Source: Candidatus Poribacteria bacterium (GTDB lineage: Bacteria; Poribacteria; WGA-4E; WGA-3G). Taken from it: 64,000 nucleotides of DNA. The notes under the pieces were generated by a model, which worked only from the letters and a program-made list of their open reading frames with translations, had not been told where the DNA came from and did no database searches. Within the stretch, counting starts at the first letter, position 1, and each line of letters opens with the position of its first letter. This document shows, piece by piece, positions 57,034-64,000 of the stretch. The stretch lies in assembly GCA_963663765.2 (NCBI GenBank), contig CAXXUA010000002.1, forward strand, positions 1 to 64,000, in the 5' to 3' direction. The translations under genes were made by a program, and so were the position numbers.

Positions 57034-58500
57034 ATGAAAGTTGAACAGCTGCATGGCCCCAAAGAGAAAACGCTTCAGGTTGCAGAACTTGAACATCTCC
57101 TACATTGTGATTCTCCCGATGTGTTCTTCCAGCACGGACTTAGCAAAGAAGGGAGGATTATAGTCGCTCGTGCACCATCACGTCTTGACATTATGGGTGG
57201 AATTTCAGATTATTGTGGATCAAATGTCTTTGAAAAGACACTCAACCGGGCTGCTGTTGCTGCTATCCAAGCTCGACATGATAGAAACTTGAATGCACTC
57301 ACTTTACAAGAAGATAGTATATTAAAACGCAGTTTCCAGATGTCACTTGATGATTTTTACATAGACGGCACACTCAAGTCATACAGACAGATGAGAAAGT
57401 TTTTTAATAGGAATGTGCGAACAGATTGGACCGGATATGTACTCGGTTGTTTTTTTGCTTTGCTAAGGGAGAAAAAGATTGACGCATTCCCAAACGGTGC
57501 GGTAGTTGTTATAAAAAGTGATATACCGATGGGAGCCGGTGTTGCCTCCTCTGCAGCAATTGAAGTCGCTACATTGAATGCTATCAATCAGATGTATCAA
57601 CTCAAGTTAGATGCGCTGGAAACATCCCGGTTAGCCCAGATTGTTGAAAACCGAATCGTTGGTGCTCCGTGTGGGATTATGGACCAGATTACTGTTGCTG
57701 CGGGTAGAAGGAACAAAATGCTCTCAATTCTTTGCCAACCCAACCAAATTCTTGAGCATGTGCAATGCCCACCGAACGTAAGTATTATTGGAATCCATAC
57801 AAAAGTTCCTCGTAGTACAAAAAGCACAGCATATATTGATACGCGCACCGCAGCATTCATGGGTTTAACTATATTGAAAAAGGAACTCGGTTGGAAGAAA
57901 TTGGAAGACAACTATTTGTGTAATATCTCTGTTGATGAATTCCGTAAATACTGTGAACCCATCCTTCCGAAAAAGATCAAAGGTTCTGATTTCCTTGACA
58001 AATTTGGTGAGACTGTTGATACTGTAACTCAAGTAGACCCAGAAAAAACATATCTTGTCAAAGATCGCGTACAGCATCCAATATATGAAAACGAACGTGT
58101 GAAGTTGTATATTAATTGCATCAAAAATGCTGATCAGTTCCCAGATAGAGCTTCTGAATTTCTAAAAGTTGCGGGTGCTTTAATGTATGAGTCTAACGCA
58201 AGTTATCGGGATTTAGCTGGATTGGGTTCCCCTGAGATAGATGGGTTAGTAAATATTGCAGAAAAAATCGGTGAACAAGGGGGAATCTATGGCGCGAAAA
58301 TAACAGGTGGTGGGGAAGGCGGAACTGTAGCACTTCTATGTTATGGCGATTATTCCACCGCATTGACGCAACTTCTCTATGCCTATAGATTAGCATGGGG
58401 TATTCGCACAGAAACCTTAAGCGGTTCTTCTCCAGGTGCTTTTGAATTTGGACATGTTGAATGGGAATTAGAAGAGAGCGAACCACTAACCTACTTTTAA
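57034..58500 (+). CDS. GHMP-family sugar kinase (galactokinase / L-arabinokinase-like)
   Basis: ARAP.RLD.MGGI.DY.GS, IPMGAGVASSAA, CGIMDQ and GAKITGGG.GG motifs. Confidence 0.85.
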   Translation: MKVEQLHGPKEKTLQVAELEHLLHCDSPDVFFQHGLSKEGRIIVARAPSRLDIMGGISDYCGSNVFEKTLNRAAVAAIQARHDRNLNALTLQEDSILKRSFQMSLDDFYIDGTLKSYRQMRKFFNRNVRTDWTGYVLGCFFALLREKKIDAFPNGAVVVIKSDIPMGAGVASSAAIEVATLNAINQMYQLKLDALETSRLAQIVENRIVGAPCGIMDQITVAAGRRNKMLSILCQPNQILEHVQCPPNVSIIGIHTKVPRSTKSTAYIDTRTAAFMGLTILKKELGWKKLEDNYLCNISVDEFRKYCEPILPKKIKGSDFLDKFGETVDTVTQVDPEKTYLVKDRVQHPIYENERVKLYINCIKNADQFPDRASEFLKVAGALMYESNASYRDLAGLGSPEIDGLVNIAEKIGEQGGIYGAKITGGGEGGTVALLCYGDYSTALTQLLYAYRLAWGIRTETLSGSSPGAFEFGHVEWELEESEPLTYF

Positions 58501-58562
58501 TCTGAAGATAATCAAGTCCTATTTCATCATAATTTATTGAATATCTCTTATGGATACAATCT

Positions 58563-60524
58563 GTGGAAAACTTGAATGAACAAAACAACACACGTGGAAT
58601 AGGTGTCACATGGCGTGCAATACTCATCGGTGTGTTGTTGATCCCTCCGAATGTATATTGGGTAATAGTCGTAGAGTGCGTTTGGCATTCTGGACATCCG
58701 ACAACTATCTCTCTGTTTTGGAATGTCGTTCTCAACATATTTTTCCTGATTCTACTGAATTTGTTCCTAAAACGTGTGGCACCAAAAGCCGCGTTAACGC
58801 AGGGTGAATTGATTACTATCTATGCAATGCTCTCTATCGCATCTGGTCTTGCAGGACACGATACGTTAGCATTAACGATACCCGCACTACCGCATGCATT
58901 TTGGTTTGCCACGTTAGAGAACGATTGGGCAGGTACTTTCCACAGTTATATCCCTCAACACCTTGTGGTAACTGACAAGGAAATATTACGCGGATTCTAC
59001 GAAGGTGATACCTCTTTTTACAACGCACAGATTGGTGGCGCGTGGATTATACCTACACTGTGGTGGACAACCCTTATCTTTGCACTCGGCGCGATCATGA
59101 TCTGCATCAATGTGCTTATCCGTAAGCAGTGGACAGAACATGAAAGACTCGCATATCCCATCATCCAACTCCCAATGGCAATCACAGAAGGCGGTGGGAG
59201 AGCACAACTTTTCAAAAACCGAATCCTATGGTACGGTTTCATCATCGCTGCAGCATTGAACGTCTGGCACGGTCTTGCACACTTCTTCCCAATCTTACCC
59301 GATTTCAGTGTGCGCCACAACGCACGGAATTGGGGTACTTTTTTCACGGAAAAACCGTGGGATGCTGTAGGCAATATTCCTGTGCCCTTATATCCATTTG
59401 TCATCGGATTAGGTTTTCTATTACCCCTCGACTTAGCATTCTCGTTATGGTTTTTCTATCTTTTTGAAAAAATTCAACGTGTTGCTGGTAGTACCCTCGG
59501 TTTTCCTGCACCTTTCCCATATAGCAGCGAACAATCCATCGGAGGATGGTTGGCAATATTTGTCATAGCATTGCTTGTTACGCGCAAACACTTAGTTAGA
59601 GTAGTACGAACTATATTTGGAATGTCAGGCAGTATTGACGACTCAAACGAGCCTATTCGGTACCGTACCGCATTTGTTATCATTTTACTCGCAAGCCTAT
59701 ATATAATATGGTTCTGTTTAAAGGCAGGGATGACGCTGCTGATAATACTTCCATTCTTTGCTTTCTTCTTTGCACTCTCAATTGCCATTACACGTGTACG
59801 CGCTGAACTCGGTCCTCCTGCACATGAGATGGCGGGTATGTGCAATGGACAACAATTTTTGATAAATATATTGGGAACTCGACGCATCGGACCGAACAAC
59901 CTGACTATATTTCCATATTTCTGGTTCTTCAGTGGACGCGGGTATAGAGAACACATCATGCCACACCAACTTGAAGCGTTCAAGATGGCAGAACGCGCAA
60001 ATATGAACACAAAAAGGTTGGTGTTAGCCATGTTAATTGCCGTTGTCCTCGGTTCTATTGCATCATTTTGGGCAACACTCTCCGAACTCTATCGTCTCGG
60101 CGGTGCGATCACTGGTGCAGGCGGGGGAATAGGTCCATCAGTCGGACATATCGGACAATTCAATTGGCTTGCAGGACTCTTTGCATACCCACGCGATCCC
60201 AACGTACCTGCTATGGGATTCATGGCAGGCGGTATGGGATTTACATTCTTACTCATGATCATGCGCATGCGATTTATCTGGTGGCCCCTACATCCAGCTG
60301 GTTACCCTATATCAATGACATTTGGTGTCGGTTACTTTTGGAGTTGTCTTGTTATCAGTACATTCCTAAAATGGATGGCACTGCGATTTGGCGGTCCATC
60401 AACTTATAGGAAAATGGTTTTCTTCTTCTTTGGAGTTATCCTCGGTGAATACTGCGTAGGTGCGTTTTGGAGCGTATTAAGCGTAATTATCCGTGAACCT
60501 ATCTACGATTTTGCACCAGGTTAA
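58563..60524 (+). CDS. Polytopic membrane protein, DUF6785/DUF6784-like
   Basis: Paralogue of 31284-33221 (GEL..IY.M, W.E.ERL.YPI.QLP, TRVRAELG, WWPLHPAGY). Confidence 0.7.
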   Translation: MENLNEQNNTRGIGVTWRAILIGVLLIPPNVYWVIVVECVWHSGHPTTISLFWNVVLNIFFLILLNLFLKRVAPKAALTQGELITIYAMLSIASGLAGHDTLALTIPALPHAFWFATLENDWAGTFHSYIPQHLVVTDKEILRGFYEGDTSFYNAQIGGAWIIPTLWWTTLIFALGAIMICINVLIRKQWTEHERLAYPIIQLPMAITEGGGRAQLFKNRILWYGFIIAAALNVWHGLAHFFPILPDFSVRHNARNWGTFFTEKPWDAVGNIPVPLYPFVIGLGFLLPLDLAFSLWFFYLFEKIQRVAGSTLGFPAPFPYSSEQSIGGWLAIFVIALLVTRKHLVRVVRTIFGMSGSIDDSNEPIRYRTAFVIILLASLYIIWFCLKAGMTLLIILPFFAFFFALSIAITRVRAELGPPAHEMAGMCNGQQFLINILGTRRIGPNNLTIFPYFWFFSGRGYREHIMPHQLEAFKMAERANMNTKRLVLAMLIAVVLGSIASFWATLSELYRLGGAITGAGGGIGPSVGHIGQFNWLAGLFAYPRDPNVPAMGFMAGGMGFTFLLMIMRMRFIWWPLHPAGYPISMTFGVGYFWSCLVISTFLKWMALRFGGPSTYRKMVFFFFGVILGEYCVGAFWSVLSVIIREPIYDFAPG

Positions 60525-60532
60525 ATAACATT

Positions 60533-61591
60533 ATGAAATACACAATAGTTTTTTTAGCAATTTTCATACTCGGTTTTATTCTTTTTTCAACCTCCTACGC
60601 AGCTGATGAAGGTTCTCATGCTGCGGATTTCCTCAGCCACGGTGTTGGCGCACGCGCACTCGGCATGGGAAGCGCATTTGTTGCAATTGCTGACGACGCA
60701 ACCGCTACCTATTGGAATCCCGCCGGACTGACAAAAGTCAAAAAACATAGTTTCTCTGCTATGTATTCCGACACCTTTAGCACTGGGGATGGAAGTTTTT
60801 TTACCAGAGGCTTAGTTAATTACAATTTTGTCAACTATGTACATCAAATTGAAGGTATTGGTAGTCTTGGATTGAGTTGGATTCGACTTGGAATTGACGA
60901 CATACCCCGTACAACTTTTATTGATGTTGACAACAACGGTATTCTCGGAGATTTTCAAGATATAAATGGCAACGGCATTAAAGATGAAGGTGAACCTTAT
61001 ATTGACAGACCAACAGTTGCAGAATATTTTAGCAACAATGACAATGCTTTGCTCATCTCTTACGCTCGACAGGTTCATTCAATGGTTGCTGTAGGTGGAA
61101 ATCTAAAACTGCTGAGTCAATCTATCTTTGAAAACAGTGGTAGAGGTTTCGGTATTGACATCGGATTGATTCTCTTACCATATAAGGGTTTGCGTCTTGG
61201 ATCAATGTTGCTTGATGCAACTGGTACGCAGATACGATGGGACACAGAAGATAATCCTGTTTTCACTCGCGAAAGAAGGTTGCGCTTTGGTGGAGGCTAT
61301 CAGTTCACATTTCCAAGTTTTGGAAAAGGCAGCATCAGCATAGATTTTGAAACCAACCAAGCAGATTTAGATGAAGGCACAGAATCTGGTGGTGGACTTG
61401 TGTGGCGAACTGGTGCTGAATACTGGCTTTTTGACACACTTGCATTGCGTTTTGGTTGGAACGGTGATGGGGTGTCTGCTGGAACCGGATTCCAAGTAGG
61501 TGTCGGTACCATGACATTTTTTGTTGACTATGCTTTCAATACGCACACCCTCGGCGGTTCACAACGTATCTCTGTTTCTGGGCAATTTTAA
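60533..61591 (+). CDS. PorV/FadL-like outer membrane beta-barrel
   Basis: Signal peptide, GVGARALGMG.AFVA.ADD.TA.YWNPAGL, DYA, and terminal Phe; Dx[DN]xNG Ca-binding-like insert. Confidence 0.8.
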   Translation: MKYTIVFLAIFILGFILFSTSYAADEGSHAADFLSHGVGARALGMGSAFVAIADDATATYWNPAGLTKVKKHSFSAMYSDTFSTGDGSFFTRGLVNYNFVNYVHQIEGIGSLGLSWIRLGIDDIPRTTFIDVDNNGILGDFQDINGNGIKDEGEPYIDRPTVAEYFSNNDNALLISYARQVHSMVAVGGNLKLLSQSIFENSGRGFGIDIGLILLPYKGLRLGSMLLDATGTQIRWDTEDNPVFTRERRLRFGGGYQFTFPSFGKGSISIDFETNQADLDEGTESGGGLVWRTGAEYWLFDTLALRFGWNGDGVSAGTGFQVGVGTMTFFVDYAFNTHTLGGSQRISVSGQF

Positions 61592-61992
61592 TCTTTAGAT
61601 AGTGTAAAGTTCTTCCCAAACAGAATCTCAAATTGCGCGGATAACACGCAGAAGTCTGCAGCATTAGATCGCATTGCTTAGAACAACGTTTATAGTACAA
61701 TCTGAATTTATCTTAACACTGCTGTAGCGTCCAGTTTCAGTTTGTGCAAATACGACCTCAGGGAGGGAGGGGTTACCCGTGTAATCTGTGTTTCTGCAAA
61801 CAAAGGAAATATGAATTTCCTAAATTGACACCTATAGCGACAAAAACTCCACACGGTCATAACGCTTTTCCATTTGATTTTTGTGACTAAGATAAGATAT
61901 AATTGCCATATTAGGCAAATTATTTTATTATTGGTAAAATTAGTTTTGGCTCAGTATAACATTTACTTTAACAAATGAAAGGAAATATTATT

Positions 61993-64000
61993 GTGAAAAG
62001 GAACCAGATTTTTATATTATTGACACTTTTTGTTGTTTCTTCGTTTTTTCAAACTAATGTATTTGCCCAAGATTCACCACAATGGCATCTGCCTGAAGGT
62101 GCTGTTAAACGGCTTGGGAAAGGTTGGTTATATGAAATCCAATATTCTCCAGATGGAACGCAGCTTGCTGCTGCAGGTTCACTCGGTGTTTGGCTTTATG
62201 ACACAGCAACCGATAAAGAGATTAGACTATTGAATGGATTTGGATGGGGTGTTTCAGCACTCACTTATTCTCCTGATGGAAAAGTCCTTGTTTCTGGGAG
62301 CATAGATGGAAACATCCGTTTTTGGGAACCGAATACTGGTGAACTCATACGGACAATTGACGCACATTGGGCGAGTATCCGAAGTCTCGTGTTTAACGCT
62401 GATGGGTCAATACTCGCAAGTGGAAGTAGAGATAGAACCGTACGTCTGTGGGATTCTGAGACAGGTGAACTCCTGCGGACACTTAGAGGACATATTGATG
62501 GTCTTAACAGCGTCACTTTCAGTGCTGATGGCACCAAAATCATCAGTGGTGGTCGAGACGATACTATCAAAATATGGGATGTTGAATCAGGGGAACTACT
62601 TCGGACGCTTGAAGCACATCGTGACAATGTCGAAAGTGTCGTTACCAGTCCAGATGGTAAAACGCTTGCAAGTTGTGATTTGAACGCAATTATCCATTTG
62701 TGGGATACGGATACTTGGACAATTAAGGCAACATTACATGGTCATTCGTCTCATATCTATGACATGAAATTTATTCCGGATGGGAGTATCCTTGCAAGTG
62801 CTGGTGAAGATGATACCGTCCGATTGTGGGATGCGTCCACAGGTGAACATTTACACACACTCACTGGACACACAGCAGATGTGTTCGGACTTGCTTGGAC
62901 GCCTGACGGTTCAGTGCTCACAAGTGGTGCGTGGGATGCCTCTATTCGTTCTTGGGACCCCATCACTGGTAATCATCTGAAAACCATTACCGGTCATACG
63001 GATGTTGTTGTGAGTGTCACCTTTAGTGCAGATGGCAGCATTCTCGCCACACGCAGTTGGGACAAAACCATTCGTCTCTGGGATGCTGACACGGGACAAC
63101 TTAGGCACACCCTTATCGGTCACCAAGATGATGTTGACATTGTTGTTTTTAGTCCGGATGGCAGAACTCTCGCAAGTGGTAGCCAAGACAATACTGTTCG
63201 TCTATGGGATGCTATTACAGGTGAACATATAAAAACGCTCAGAGGGCATTATTCATATCTGATTAGTCTTGCGTTTAGTTCTGATGGTAGCATACTGGCA
63301 AGTGGCAGTGAGGACGATAACATCCTTTTGTGGAATGTTGAGACAGGTAGATACATGGGAGGATTAAGGGAACATGAGGCAGGTGTTGAGACACTTGCTT
63401 TCAGTCCTGATAACACGATGCTTGCAAGTGGTAGTCGTGACGATAAAATAATTATATGGGATCTTGAAACACGCGATGCAATACACACCATAACTGAACA
63501 TGAGGACGATGTTTGGACTGTTGCTTTCAGTCCAGATGGTACAAGACTCGCAAGTGGTGGAGGCGACAAAGTCTCCTTATGGGATGTTGATACTGCAGAA
63601 CTTCTACAAACTTTCCGCAGACCACTTGACCGTGAAATACCAATAGGCGCGCCGGAAGAACTGATCGGAGACCTGCCTACAGACCTGCCTGCAAATGCTA
63701 CAAGTATCGTCTTTAGTCCTGATGGAAAAGTTCTTGTGACTGGAAGTTATGACAGAACCATCCGCTTATGGGACATTGACACGGGCGAACAACTGAGAAC
63801 TCTTGAAGGGCATGCTTATTCTATAACAAGTGTCGCTGTTAGTCCGGATGGCACTGCGATTGCAAGCGGAAGTGTCGACGGTACTGTCATCCTGTGGGCA
63901 TTCCCACTGCCGTTGAGCGTAGAACAAGTCCTTACAGTTTTCGCTGATGTGAACAATGACGGTGTTATAAATATACTGGATATAGTGTTTATTGCAGCGA
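61993..64000 (+). CDS. Secreted WD40-repeat protein with dockerin-like domain (runs off the window end; absent from the ORF track)
   Basis: GTG start after AAAGGA; signal peptide, QDSPQWHLPEGAVKRLGKG, WD40 repeats, and in-frame DVNNDGVINILDIV at the window edge. Confidence 0.88.
   Translation, partial: MKRNQIFILLTLFVVSSFFQTNVFAQDSPQWHLPEGAVKRLGKGWLYEIQYSPDGTQLAAAGSLGVWLYDTATDKEIRLLNGFGWGVSALTYSPDGKVLVSGSIDGNIRFWEPNTGELIRTIDAHWASIRSLVFNADGSILASGSRDRTVRLWDSETGELLRTLRGHIDGLNSVTFSADGTKIISGGRDDTIKIWDVESGELLRTLEAHRDNVESVVTSPDGKTLASCDLNAIIHLWDTDTWTIKATLHGHSSHIYDMKFIPDGSILASAGEDDTVRLWDASTGEHLHTLTGHTADVFGLAWTPDGSVLTSGAWDASIRSWDPITGNHLKTITGHTDVVVSVTFSADGSILATRSWDKTIRLWDADTGQLRHTLIGHQDDVDIVVFSPDGRTLASGSQDNTVRLWDAITGEHIKTLRGHYSYLISLAFSSDGSILASGSEDDNILLWNVETGRYMGGLREHEAGVETLAFSPDNTMLASGSRDDKIIIWDLETRDAIHTITEHEDDVWTVAFSPDGTRLASGGGDKVSLWDVDTAELLQTFRRPLDREIPIGAPEELIGDLPTDLPANATSIVFSPDGKVLVTGSYDRTIRLWDIDTGEQLRTLEGHAYSITSVAVSPDGTAIASGSVDGTVILWAFPLPLSVEQVLTVFADVNNDGVINILDIVFIAA

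Noticed and set aside
61600-61840. Degenerate MITE C-like end (taaattgacacctat near 61820-61835); also a lone MITE A end near 38250-38270
   Set aside because: Partner ends and TSDs could not be identified, so element boundaries are unsupported.

Overview
Low-GC bacterial chromosomal window. By inference it is Candidatus Poribacteria-like: a LamG protein ending in the 'AVxxxxKLTTTWGxIK' motif, PhyH, DUF6785-like membrane proteins and dockerin-tagged secreted proteins. It holds about 12 secreted WD40 beta-propeller paralogues (three with a frameshift or nonsense break), a three-gene vWA/VIT cluster behind a consensus sigma-54 promoter, and housekeeping genes (hisC, ispG, uppP, a yitJ-type bifunctional methyltransferase/MTHFR). 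There is also a dockerin-heme-copper monooxygenase fusion, a YCF48-TolC-MFP-GHMP kinase-DUF6785-PorV operon and one complete IS701-family element. Three features stand out. (1) At two WD40 loci the extra WD40 copies sit beside short dead fragments of the neighbouring genes. These fragments differ from the intact genes mainly at synonymous positions (16 synonymous vs 5 non-synonymous codons, counted by hand), which suggests the arrays grow by stacking divergent alleles of the locus rather than by simple duplication. (2) Intergenic DNA is full of nested GTAG-type REP palindromes and several MITE families, including one that inserts into a REP arm with a 16-22 bp target duplication and tiny REP-interrupting inserts that begin CAAATCAACG. 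(3) Two unrelated tandem arrays are both built as a 24-nt REP hairpin plus an 8-nt linker (32-bp period). No rRNA, tRNA or CRISPR array was seen. All family assignments come from motif recognition, not database searches.
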